Positions 24,588 to 36,225 of a stretch of DNA of 64,000 nucleotides are shown piece by piece; the stretch's first letter is position 1; each line of letters begins with the position of its first letter. Source of the stretch: Parasitella parasitica NRRL 2501. Its lineage: Eukaryota; Fungi; Mucoromycota. Below the pieces are notes generated by a model. That model saw only the letters and a program-made list of their open reading frames with translations, was not told the DNA's origin and searched no databases. Made by a program: the position numbers and the translations under genes. The stretch covers positions 62,001 to 126,000 of the forward strand of contig MU619296.1 in the NCBI GenBank assembly GCA_025201805.1, given 5' to 3'.

Positions 24588-26546
24588 CTACAGTCTCACT
24601 TTATTGAATACAAATGCATCAATGGACTTGCAATCAACTTGCAGGTATCCATAGGGTATGTCACTATCCCAGTACTTGGTTTCTCGGTAGGTTCCTCTGA
24701 TCGAATTCTCTTCGAGACAATCCCAATCCTTGTCCTTCATCTTGTAATCTTGCACTTTTTGCGACTCGAGGAATTTCAATCGTCTCATCTGACGACTACG
24801 TCCCTTCTTGGTTTTCTGGCAGTACAAGTGGTACCATCTCTGGCTCAGCTGCTTTGAATTCCTTGCAAGGTGGTATTTGGTGCGATCAGAAAAGGTGAGC
24901 GAAACTAATGCTGCATCGATGCTACTCTTTTCCACGTACTGGCTGGGGCGAAGATGCAGATGCTGCACAACCAACGTCTTGAGGTGTTGGTGGGGCAAAT
25001 TGAGGTGGATTTTGTGCGCTAATGAATCTCTGTCTTTAACGCAGTCGGTCATTTCAAGGTGCTCCAGATTGGGACAGCAGTCAGCGAGAACGCCGATCGA
25101 CTCTGAGGAAAAGTGTGTTTGAATCAAGCGGATCGTCTTGACACGAGAGCCCCCGTTAAAATTGTCTTCTTTTTGTTTAAACGTAAGACGTGCTGCGTTG
25201 AGAGTAAGTGTCTCAAGCTGAGGGCAGTGCTTGACTATTACGTCAATGTCGCACCCACGACTCCAGGAATAAGAGAACTTTCCACAGTGCAGTTCCAAGA
25301 CAGTCAATTTCGTACACGATCCAATAGCTTGCATTATATTCTCCATACCGCCAAAATCACGCCATAACTGAACCTTGAGGCATTCAGTGATGTCAGGACG
25401 AGTGCATGCCATGAATGATGCAAACGAGTTAGAAGCAGCTATGCCAAACAAGTTCCTGCCGCTGTACGTATTGTCCAGCGATACTAAACCGGAGGTGGTC
25501 TTGGATAGATGCTCATAAAACTTGCTGTTAGCAAAAGTAGCCTTGAGCACTGATTCAATTTGGCCCAAATTAATGCGTTGCAATGACCGCAGTTGAGCAA
25601 CCTTGAATAGAGTTGCTTGGATACGGCTTGTGTCCATCCATGTCAGCGTTTGTTGATACGACGGATCCCAGTTCACATCAAGATTTAAGTCTGACAAATG
25701 CGGATACAACTCGGTAACATATCCAATCCACCGATAGTCAGCCAGGAGGCCTTGTTGTACATGGAATTTGCGCATTTGAGGCATAACAGGCACAATGATT
25801 GGTACCTGTTCTTCAGCAGCTGACATTGAAAGGGCGACGTCTATTAATGTCAATGAATCCAGACAGGGTAGTGATGCATGGAGGTGTATTATATCCTTCA
25901 GGCTGAACTTGGCTCCTTGGGAATCTTGAAACGACTTGACATTTTGCTTATCTTGACCGTACAGTGTAAGCGATCTCAATTGAGGTGTGAAATCCAGCAG
26001 ACCTAGTAGCACGGATTTGCTCTCTGCAGATACATCTAGCTGCATCCTATGAAGAGGGTTCACAAGGCCACCCATCAAGGTAAGCTCTCCAAGTGAAGAT
26101 CCAAATGACTTGATGAGCGTTAAGGTTGTTTTGCAGTAATCCAATGGTGGTAGAGCTGTCAGCTTACTGTACCATGCCATGCTTTGCTCTTCTGCTCCTC
26201 TAGCCGTACGTTGGTGCTTCCATAGTTCAGGGTTATAATAAAGAGTCTTTAGCATTGGAAACAAGAAAGGCAATGACTCTACTTGGTCTCCGGAAAGACC
26301 AACTTGGTCCTGTATATACAAATGTCGAACGTAAAGGCCAATTCTTGTGTTGTGCTTGATGCTTGCAACAAGTTGGCTGAACTGTCGGCGAGATTTGATG
26401 CGAATACGTCGATAGAGGGAAGGTTGGAATGCTTTATACCAGCTCCCGCATGTGTTTAAGCATTGATGGTCTTGGCAGTTTTCGACAAATATATAACTAG
26501 CTATCAAATCAAGTATTTCGTTTGGTAAATAATATGTAGATTTCAT
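24588..26546 (-). CDS. F-box / leucine-rich-repeat protein, single exon, 652 aa
   Basis: N-terminal LPNEILDLIASY...CLNTCGSWY...LYRRI F-box pattern, followed by repeated 'P.L..L.L' LRR-like segments (CPQLETLTL, CPNLEHLEM). Confidence 0.85.
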   Translation of the reverse strand: MKSTYYLPNEILDLIASYIFVENCQDHQCLNTCGSWYKAFQPSLYRRIRIKSRRQFSQLVASIKHNTRIGLYVRHLYIQDQVGLSGDQVESLPFLFPMLKTLYYNPELWKHQRTARGAEEQSMAWYSKLTALPPLDYCKTTLTLIKSFGSSLGELTLMGGLVNPLHRMQLDVSAESKSVLLGLLDFTPQLRSLTLYGQDKQNVKSFQDSQGAKFSLKDIIHLHASLPCLDSLTLIDVALSMSAAEEQVPIIVPVMPQMRKFHVQQGLLADYRWIGYVTELYPHLSDLNLDVNWDPSYQQTLTWMDTSRIQATLFKVAQLRSLQRINLGQIESVLKATFANSKFYEHLSKTTSGLVSLDNTYSGRNLFGIAASNSFASFMACTRPDITECLKVQLWRDFGGMENIMQAIGSCTKLTVLELHCGKFSYSWSRGCDIDVIVKHCPQLETLTLNAARLTFKQKEDNFNGGSRVKTIRLIQTHFSSESIGVLADCCPNLEHLEMTDCVKDRDSLAHKIHLNLPHQHLKTLVVQHLHLRPSQYVEKSSIDAALVSLTFSDRTKYHLARNSKQLSQRWYHLYCQKTKKGRSRQMRRLKFLESQKVQDYKMKDKDWDCLEENSIRGTYRETKYWDSDIPYGYLQVDCKSIDAFVFNKVRL

Positions 26547-28239
26547 GGAATATAAGCAAAAATGTGGGGGGGGGTCAAAATCCAGTGAAAAGAAAAACTA
26601 TTGGGCTTTTTATGTTCAAGTCTACTCCTCCTTAAATAGGTTTGCTTGCCAAAACTTCTTATTTCCATATTAAGCTTAACCTGCCAGAATTTGCCTTTTT
26701 TGCAAGATACTGTGGTATAATCGATAATCTAGATACTGACAGATGCGTAAGGATTATTTATACATAGATGCATGCATTCACTTTACAAATACGTAACTTT
26801 TTGACAAATAATAAATGCAAATATGTACATATATAAGGCAAAGAACTATTAAATAGTGTTGAAATACTGCTAATCACCAAAACGATTAAATTGCGACAAA
26901 GATAATCACTTGTAACCGTCTAAATAATAGTAAACGACTAACCTATAATTAAAGTGGTATATTGATATAATTTTGCAGCTGTTTGTAGGCATTTTATTTT
27001 TTCACCAGAATTTGGACACTTTTACCTTATTCTCTCTCCCATGAATATTTGCGGTTTTCGCACAATACGATTTTCAAGCTGAAAAACGGACATACGGTAC
27101 TAACAAAAACAAGCACCAAATGCCCCTCTTTTGCCTTATCACCTTATTTGTCAAGATCAAACTGTGTATTTTTGATTTATTATTATAAAACCGTTTTCCA
27201 GTTTTTCAAATTTTTCCAAACCTTTTATTACACATACCTAGAATTAAAGATTATCAAAGTATAAAAAGCATTTATTATTATATAAAGCAATTAAAACTTT
27301 AGGTATGTCTAGCATATGTTTGCGTTGATAAAATACTCTAAAAGCAAAAACCTTCTACGGGAAGATTGTGCCCGACTGTCGCATATCTTTCGTCCCTCCC
27401 TCAATGAAAACACCAATACAAATGTTTTTGTCAAATAGTGATGTGTGAAGGCTATGTTTCCCAAGTTAGATCTCGGTTCTACGGTAGAAATCGTAAGCAA
27501 AAATATTTAATGTATTTATGATAAATTATGAAAAATAAAACTGTTTTTGTACATAACTTTTGATAGAGACATCGCCCAGTAGAAACCAAGTTATGCTCAG
27601 TTCGTCCTGAAAAGTCCAGATAAGTAATAGAAATATTTTCTTCAAGTGCCAAAAGATGGATTTTATTCAGAATACATAGGCATTAATTCTTGAATTTTGG
27701 GATGATTGACACAACTAAGTTGTATATGATGCATTGCCCTTCTTGAATTCCAAGGAACAAAGCTCGATAACTCTAACATTTTGTTCCACAAATTGAAAGT
27801 ATTAACACTAAATTTTTTGATAGATTAAATAAATATCTATAAAGCTCTATTTCGACTTACACTGAAAGCTAACGATAGAAAGCAAGATGTATTTTTCACT
27901 TTCTTGGTTTGCTTCTTTATTCTTCTCACTCTCTAAATATACATTTACACTTACCGTATGAAAGCTATAGATACAAATGTTACTTGATGATTTTCAACAA
28001 ATCCTTGTAAACTTACTTGAACAGGAATTGCTTGAGTTCATTAAATTTGTTACTGATCATTTCTTAAATGTTGAGAGTCAAGTGTTTGCTGAAATGAGAC
28101 CGCAAGTTGGCATATTTTGATTTGATGTCACTGAAACATTCTTCTGATAAAGATTTAAAAGTGTTGTGCTAATAATTTTCGTGTAGTAAATTAATGCACG
28201 AAGCCTTGGTCAGCTTTTCTAGTTCAACATGCTCCGCTT

Positions 28240-28412
28240 TATGAATCCAAATGCAACTTCAATGGCAGCGATGGAAGGATCCCAGTGATCATAAAAGAAG
28301 ACGAAAGGTTCAGTGATGATTTGGGGTTGCTTTTGGGCTGGGGGGGTTGGGACCTATTGTAGCCATGAAAGGGAGTATAAATCAAGACGTTTATGTCAAT
28401 CGTTTGAGTTGA
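28240..28412 (+). mobile_element. Decayed Tc1/mariner (DDE_3) transposase fragment
   Basis: Translates YESKCNFNGSDG..VIIKEDER, then after a frameshift or deletion GSVMIWGCFWAGGLGPIVAMKGSINQDVYV. These match the Tc1 motifs DESKF..GSDG and GGSVMVWGCF..G.GPL. Confidence 0.8.
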
Positions 28413-29403
28413 TTGTACAAGTACGAGAATGGATTAAAAAGACTATGAAATGAATTAATTATGAAAAACAAGTATATTGATGATAGGACAGTTGCTCTCA
28501 ATAAACAGGCTTGTTGGCAGATGGACAATTTTCAGTGTGTATACTTAACCAACCCCACTAAATTTCAATTAACCGTTTGTTCTATTATCGGATCTTTGTC
28601 TCAAAAAATATTATTAGAGGAATTAGATAAATATATATCTAAAGAAGGAAAAGGAGTATGAGAGAGGGTAAAGAGCATCACTAATACAGCCATTAACGTC
28701 TGATTTAGTCGATAAGTCGCTTTTTCTAAATGTCCTATGCCTTGCATAAGAGAAGCTCCAAGCACATCATAACGAAATACATCAAACCGCAAAATCGGCT
28801 CAGAAACGGTCTATTCACAGTTAGAAGATGATTTTATGTAGCTCAACTACTACTGGAACAAAGTGATTTTTTTTCATGTAGCGGTATATTTGTAATTGCT
28901 CATTCAACATATTGTTTTATTGGTCTTTCAGATGATTGCATCGGTATTGACGGGTTATAAAAGGTATTTCAATATGCAGATCTGAATTCTGAATTCTGAA
29001 TTCTTTAGACATAATAGGTGTGGGTATGCGTATATGCATTCAAATCGAAATTAAAATAAGACAAGCGATGAAGTTCTACTGCCGTGGCTGTGCATACGTG
29101 ATTCAAAAAAAGCCAATGATTGTCATAGACATCACTTTATCTCATCCATGGCATTTGTACCATGCGTATATACAGCAGGTCAAAGATCTTTTAAAACCGC
29201 CCGCTTATAAATAAATTTAATAAAATTAATGCAAAACAAGTATATACGACTGGAACTTGTCTGTAAACACTGATAGTCTTAAAATTTTGAATTAAGTTAA
29301 GGCTAGATTTCATATAGTGCTTCTAAATTTCTATCGTCGATCAATCATTGTTAATAAAACTCTTTCTCTCTTTTACATATAAAAGCATTTTTTCTTGGAT
29401 ACA

Positions 29404-31412
29404 ATGTCTACCCATGCAATCTCTAGTAGGGGCAGTTATAAGAGCTCCTCACTTACATTACATGATGATATCGGCCATTGCAATAGTGCGGCAACATCGA
29501 TTTATACGAATTGCTTGAGCATAAAGAGTAGTGTCGACGACAGTAAGCTGCCATTTACAATTACATTATGTACATGGAATTAATGATTTCAGGCGTAGTT
29601 TCAAACGAAAATGCAGAATCAGATATTGAAACGTTGAATGACATGTATGATGAGCAGAAGGCTGACCAGGACAATCAAGAAAATGGTGGCATTTATCCAT
29701 GGCTTATAGTGCTGGGTACATTCTTTGTGCTGATTGTTGGTTTAGGAGCTGGTTCAGGCTGGTAATTGGGATATAATAATTTACTCTGTATAGTTATAAT
29801 AACTATATTCTCAACTTTTTGTCTGTTATGTATACACATCTATATAGGGGTATATACACTGTAATGTCTGAAACGCTTTTAATTGTTAGTAATCTTTATT
29901 CAAATAGGTATAATGCAAAACTATTTTGAACAAGATGAAAAGATGCAAGGAGTTGATAATCTATCGCTCCAATTGAGCTTTGTTGGAACAATCTTCAATA
30001 TCTTTATCAATTTACTAGGCCCTCTGGGTCAGGTATTGCTCTCTATTCTACAGCCTAGAACCGTTTTGTTCATATCAGTTTCTATATGTTCACTTGGGTT
30101 ACTATTAGCAAGTTTTTGCAAAAATGTAGGTATCGTAGCCTCTTATAATTCTATTCAACATTAAACAAGAATACACTTTTTTTATGCATAGGTTTGGCAA
30201 CTATATCTAACACAGGGAGCAATATATGGTATTGGCTCCTCCATCATGTTTTATGTAAATGATACTTGTAAAATGCTTTACAAATATTCAATTAGCACTA
30301 ACGCAAATATTTGCTGCAGATTGCCCTGACAATAGTGCCTCTTTGGTTTGTCAAGCACAAGGGTATGGCTTTGGGTATAATTTCAAGTGGCATAAGTATT
30401 GGTGGTCTTATTATGCCTCAAATAATGGAGCCCCTGAACACAAATTTGGGTGCCGCCTGGTAAAATATGCGAATATCGATAAGTTTACTATATTGACAAA
30501 ACATTTCTGTAGGTGCTATAGGATTATGAGCCTAATTTGTTTTGTTGTTGGTGTGCTTTCTTGTGCGCTATTTAGCAATAACTCTGAAGAAGATTCCGAG
30601 AAAAAAGGAGGCAGTAGAAGCAGCAAACTTGCTCTCAAAGAGATGTTTGACTTTAGCATAATCAAGAACTGGCGATTTTTATTATGGGTGTTTATAGATA
30701 TTCTTTTGGAGGGAGGATACAACGTTCCTTACTTTTTTTTGCCATGTATGTTTGAATCGAGACACTCATAACGATGCTAATAAAAATCACTTGTAAGCCT
30801 ATGCTACCTTTTTAGGGTTATCGACCTCCCAGGGGGCAGCAATTCTGTCAACTAGTTCTGGAATGAATGCATTTGGTAGAATTGTATCAGGGTAAATAAC
30901 ATAATGCAACAAAAGTTACACGCTTATTGATATCAGATTTATAGCTTCATTGCTGATTATGTGGGTCATGTTAATATTGTTATTATCTACACCATTATTT
31001 CTGGGTTGTCCTGCTTGTTACTCTGGGTCTACGCAAACACATTTGGAGTTCTGATGGCGTTTGCTATAGTTTTTGGCTTCTTTGGCGGTGCTTTCATCAC
31101 ATTAAGTAAGATTATGCCGCCAACAGATGAGGAAAATAGTCATTGATATTAACATGTTTCAAAAAAGCACCGACAATCACATTGTTGGTTACAGGCCATG
31201 AGAAATTTGAGTCAGGTCTGTCAGTATTCCTGGTCCTGACTGTGGCATCCATGTTTGGCCCTAATCTTGCCAGTGCAATAGAATCAAGTTCGCCAGCAGC
31301 GAAAGAGTATGACAGTTATAAATATTTCACAGGCACATGCTATTTGGCTGGTGCTATTTTGCTCTGCGTATTCAAGCTTTCGCTAAATAGAAAGCCATTT
31401 GCGAAAATATAA
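29404..31412 (+). CDS. MFS transporter, monocarboxylate porter (MCT/Mch-like) family, multi-exon
   Basis: GG.YPWLIVLG, WGIMQNYF, QLSFVGT, VWQLYLTQGAIYGIGSS, WFVKHKGMALGIISSG.SIGG, GYNVPYFFLP, NAFGRIVSGFIADYVG. About 12 hydrophobic segments. Confidence 0.9.
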
Positions 31413-31591
31413 TATGTATTTGTACTGATAAATGACAATAAAAAGAGTTGCCTCGATGTGCTTTATAAACTGGCTGACCATACACAAATTCACACTTGAT
31501 CATCAGTTGATTGGCTCAGATTGCTTTCTCTCAGCTTTGAACCTCGCAGAAAAACTATTTTCGCTTCTCTTTTTGTTTTGCTTTTTTGACA

Positions 31592-32292
31592 ATGGCTTCA
31601 GCAAACGACACTACCGCTCAGTTCGAAGAATTTAATCAATACGATTTTGACAAAGATGCTCAATTCCAGGTGAGTAAACCAACATACATCACCCGGAATT
31701 CAAAGCTAAAAACAGGGTCCTTTCGTCCAGTCAGGTGTTGCATCATTGCTCAATAACAAACAAGAAAACGAGGCTGACCTACTTTTAAAAGCAAAGCTGT
31801 TCTACTATGCAAAGTACATGACAAAAGCAGCTCAATAGTAAAGCATATGACTTAATTACGGCGCATTATAGGGTTATTGATACGAGTTTTGATGCGGATG
31901 CGTATAAATCATGGAAAGATGAAAATCAGGAACCAGCTAATAAGCAAGAAAGCGCAGCCGATAATGGTAAATAAGAGATATAAGCTGCAATGATTTATGC
32001 ATATGACTGAAGCATATGAGCACAGACAAACCACCTAGGTTCAGCTTTCAGGAACTTGTTGATATGATTGAGAAAGGCATAGAAATCCCAGGTATTAGTT
32101 TGAAGTCAAAAAACAAAATCAAAAAACAATGTGGGTAAATATTTATTGTGTTGTGATTTGATAGGTATTAAACAGATACCCAATATATTGAACGAAGGTG
32201 CTCCAAGCAAAGCCAAAATGATGGCAAGACCAAAACCGTGGGAAATCAACAGGAAGCAAGAGCAGGCCGAGGAAGAAGCTAATGCTGTCTAA
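31592..32292 (+). CDS. PEX39: PEX39-like (C6orf226/YJR012C family) KPWE-motif protein, ~149 aa, 5 exons
   Basis: Spliced translation MASANDTTAQFEEFNQYDFDKDAQFQSGV...LKAKLFYYAK...AYKSWK...PPRFSFQELVDMIEKGIEIPGIKQIPN...ARPKPWE. All introns GT-AG and in frame. Absent from the ORF track. Confidence 0.82.
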
Positions 32293-32315
32293 AGTATTAC
32301 AATAAATGTCTAATT

Positions 32316-32741
32316 TCAAATTGTCATTTGATGGAGATAGGACTCAGGGTCTGGAGTTCCCGGTACAGAGACAGAGTACTTGGATTTTAAGGTTGCTTTA
32401 AAAGGTAATCTGCTTAAGGACAGTGAAGAAGATAGCAGTTTTCGTCTCCTCACATGGATGGGTTCGTTATCGAGCATGATTTCGGGCGGGCACTGCTTTG
32501 CGCCACTAGTCCGTTGAAGGTAGCTTGTGATTCTTGCCATACATGTTGAAAGCAGCCAGTTTGTGGACTCAATTGTTAATCCAGAGATCATCTCTATTGC
32601 AAGCAATGCAAGTCGGAGAAATAGAAAAGATGATGTGATTGTGCTAGTGATCACTGCCAAAAAAGCTAAACAGGTTATCGAAAGAAGGATGAATGGTGTT
32701 AGGAGGACGCATCCGATAGTCGATAAAAGTGAGAGTCGCAT
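32316..32741 (-). CDS. Hypothetical membrane protein with a long N-terminal hydrophobic segment, 141 aa
   Basis: ATG-initiated ORF with about 50 nearly continuous hydrophobic residues and a basic/Ser-rich tail ending SVPGTP. Confidence 0.65.
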   Translation of the reverse strand: MRLSLLSTIGCVLLTPFILLSITCLAFLAVITSTITSSFLFLRLALLAIEMISGLTIESTNWLLSTCMARITSYLQRTSGAKQCPPEIMLDNEPIHVRRRKLLSSSLSLSRLPFKATLKSKYSVSVPGTPDPESYLHQMTI

Positions 32742-33364
32742 TTGTTGTATTTGATTTCTTTGTTCTAGTCAATACTCTATAAAGCGGGTGAAAAAAAAAA
32801 AGGAAAAGACCATTTGACAATCGAACCCTCCCCCCCCCCCTATTTGTAAATTTCAAAGACAATTACTTGGTCGTCGCCGTGTAACAGAATTTAGCGTCCC
32901 CCACATGCTACGGCATTGACCATCAATGTTTCTTTGATGGCAAGTTTCGCTCCGTCGATAAGATCCTTTGGCCAGTAAACAGTGTCATTTTTGAAGTTTT
33001 AAAAAATTTAGTCAGGATAGTGGAATAACGATCTTGTCATTCACCAATTACGATGTCTTATCTTTGTTTGCATTATTCTACCCTTCTGTATTTATGAGCA
33101 AATAGTATTCATGACCTATCGAAAGTTTTAAACAGCTGGAAACCTCGTCAAATTTGCAAAAATAGTCCAGATGACAACATAATTTACAAGTGTTCATATT
33201 TTCATATTAAATATTTCCCTTTTTCAAAAAACGAAAAATACCAGCATATTTGCAAGGTGTGTAGAAATGGAGTATTTCTGGTACTATAGTAGTGCTATTT
33301 TGCTTTTCTCGAACAAAAAAAAAAAAAAAAAAAAAAAAAAATGGGGACTCCCCTCAGGAGAAAC

Positions 33365-33397
<33 letters not shown>

Positions 33398-35505
33398 GGT
33401 CAACAAACATACATTTTAAAACTGTAGCAGGTAGACACTGTGTGGCTTCAACGCAGCTCGTGTCAGCCGTAGTTTCAGATCAAGACTTGTAGCACTAAAT
33501 ATTGAATGCAAATGTAGTAAATACGGTGAATAACTTTATAGAAACCCTACAAGCCGCAGAATGTAGAATAATAATACGTAATGTTGATTGACATTTTTTT
33601 TTTCTGCTCGAGGCACCAAGTAGTACAACATGCACCAGGACTGAACAGAACAACAAAGCCCAAGTAGGGGTTCTACGGTATATATAAGTATGAATTGTAA
33701 AGACAGATATCATCAGTGCTTTCATACACGATACATACATATTTATCTACATATATTTATCAAATGGACATTACATATAGGGCTGTTTAGAAAGACATAG
33801 CCTCTGTCCTGAAAAGCGTAGAGAATGCAGTGTCGTATGAAATAGGATATGCCGCGCTGGTTCTTTTTGCGATAGACTACATGATGATGGTATTAATTAA
33901 TGCTGATTTGAGGCAGCAAGTAAGATGTCCATGTACAAAAAAAAACCTGTCTACCTGTCTGTCCGCCTGTCTCTTGATTTAGATGAGCATATACGCGATG
34001 CATGACCATGTAACATTACATTATAACATATTCATCTGGATAGACAACTACTATGTGGTTGGCTTTTTAGGTAAAAGGTTTTTAGTGGTTGAGGATATGA
34101 GGTATCTTATATGCCACAGCCAAATGTCATGAACAAGATAACAGAACGCAGACTCGAGGTTATGCGACAAGTGTGAAACCTTCTTAGTTCTTCACATGAT
34201 GTACCTATATTATACCTGTTTACATCTCGATTTATCTCTGTATATGTTATAATTTTACCATCTTTGGTAAAAATAGTCAATTACCCCCCTTTAAAGAATT
34301 ATGTAAAATCAAACACCAACGCAAACATTATAGCTTTCCCTTCTCACTTTAAAATACTCTTTTGCTTTACCTTATACGATGATCCACGGTTGAGTGAGTT
34401 TGCAATGCCTTCCATCATGCGGAGCCAATCACAGAAGAACCATAATGCATGCTGCTGATTTCAATGTATCCGCAGACATAAACCTGGGTGACTAGAACTG
34501 GGCTGCATCTCCTTAATTTTAACTGCTTGTCTAAAGTATTAGTATCTCATGCATGCGAGGCGCATACATAAGATAAAATGTATGTAGGTGTACATGATAA
34601 TTTATTTATTATTCATTTATATATCTATATATACTTTATATATACAAATTTATACATACATTTCATGGATGTGATAATGTACTGGGTATGTACGTAGTAA
34701 ATTGTACCATGTGCATGGCAATGCCTCGTTGTTTTGTTTTTACATGTATTTATGGATTTACTGAATTCATTTCTGTAGATGTAATAAAACACGCTACGCA
34801 CTTTGTATACACATGGATTCTTTTTAAATATAAAGATGAAAATCAAAGGATCGAGCATGCGAGAGACTAAAAAAAAATTGTATGCAATGCACATAACCCT
34901 GCTTGCAGCATCTATTTCTTGCTATCTATATGTACAAAAAAAGAACAAAAGCGAAATAAATTCACCAAATATGGATTGTCAAAACTTAACATAACAAGTA
35001 ATGATAAAGGGGCTCAACACACATAATCGACGCCTTCTTGAAATTTTGGCGGCATACATTCGTAGACAAAATACCATTTTGAATACCAATTATGGGATTA
35101 TGACCCCTTTCATCACATAATCTTGCTCTCCACTCTTTCTCGGTTGCATTTCTCCCTTTTCTCCCTTGTATGCTGTAGGAAGTTTTTTTTTTTTTTTTTT
35201 TTTTTTTTNNNNNNNNNNTAAGTGAGAACCCCTATATTGTATACATATAAAGTGAATATAAAAAAAAGTACCCCTTAATTCCTTAAAGTAAATTTTGTTT
35301 AAATAGACCCTCATTTCATAGACTTTCGCTTCAATTATCGACACATTGATGACAACTTCTTTTCTCTTTTAATTTTTTTTTCTTCCAAAATCATCAAGAT
35401 AATAGTAATTCTTTGTAAAATCAATCTTAGCTGTATTATATTAATTGGTAAGCGCTTAATCTCTAATGGTTGAAACATGCTTCTAACATATTTATTGGTT
35501 AGAAA

Positions 35506-36225
35506 ATGGATCTCAAATACCTCTTATGCGAACCTGCTGCTGTATCAAAACTAGCAGTTAAGGCTAATGAACAAGCTGCCCTGATTCAGCAACAATCTGA
35601 TTTGGACTGGCACGCCAACACAATGTATCCAACGGTAATTACCAAACAGCAAAATTGGGATCATCAACAACCCAATTCAGCAATGCTGAGCAGCCCAACT
35701 AGCGTCTGTAGTAGCCTTAGTACCGGTAGCAGCACCAGCTCCAATAGTAGCAATGACGAGTATTTAGCAACTCCCAGCAGAAGCAACAGCTTTTGCTCAT
35801 TACGTGCCCCTATTCCGCAGTATCATCATCAGTATCAACAGCATCAGCCAGATCAATCAAGACGTCGCACGGCAAGCGATGTAAGCCTCACAAGACACCA
35901 TATGTTTATCTATAGTCACCCTAATCGCCGACCACGCTCAGAATCTGCAGGTAATACGAGTAATGTGCAGACGAGAACGCCCTGGACGCCCTATGAGGAC
36001 CAGCTGCTCCAACAAGGATACGATCAAGGATTATCCTGGGCAATGATCTCTTCTACTTATCTCCCCCACAGATCAAGAGGCTGTTGTTGGGGCAGATTCA
36101 AGACATTACAAAACAAAAACTTGGTTGATCCAAACCATTCTCACATGAGACATTTCAGAAGACCCTGGAAGGCCATTGATTTCACCAACACCACCACTAA
36201 CACCACCACGAACAAGAAACAATAG
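35506..36225 (+). CDS. Single-repeat Myb/SANT-domain transcription factor
   Basis: TRTPWTPYEDQLL...GLSWAMISSTYLPHRSRGCCWGRF carries the three spaced Trp residues. Probable 5'UTR intron ~35448-35502 and a long upstream intergenic region. Confidence 0.85.
   Translation: MDLKYLLCEPAAVSKLAVKANEQAALIQQQSDLDWHANTMYPTVITKQQNWDHQQPNSAMLSSPTSVCSSLSTGSSTSSNSSNDEYLATPSRSNSFCSLRAPIPQYHHQYQQHQPDQSRRRTASDVSLTRHHMFIYSHPNRRPRSESAGNTSNVQTRTPWTPYEDQLLQQGYDQGLSWAMISSTYLPHRSRGCCWGRFKTLQNKNLVDPNHSHMRHFRRPWKAIDFTNTTTNTTTNKKQ

Noticed and set aside
14635-26546. Functional cluster of NEDD8, F-box, RAD50 and DHH1
   Set aside because: Housekeeping genes plus a member of a very large family. Adjacency alone is not evidence of a shared system.
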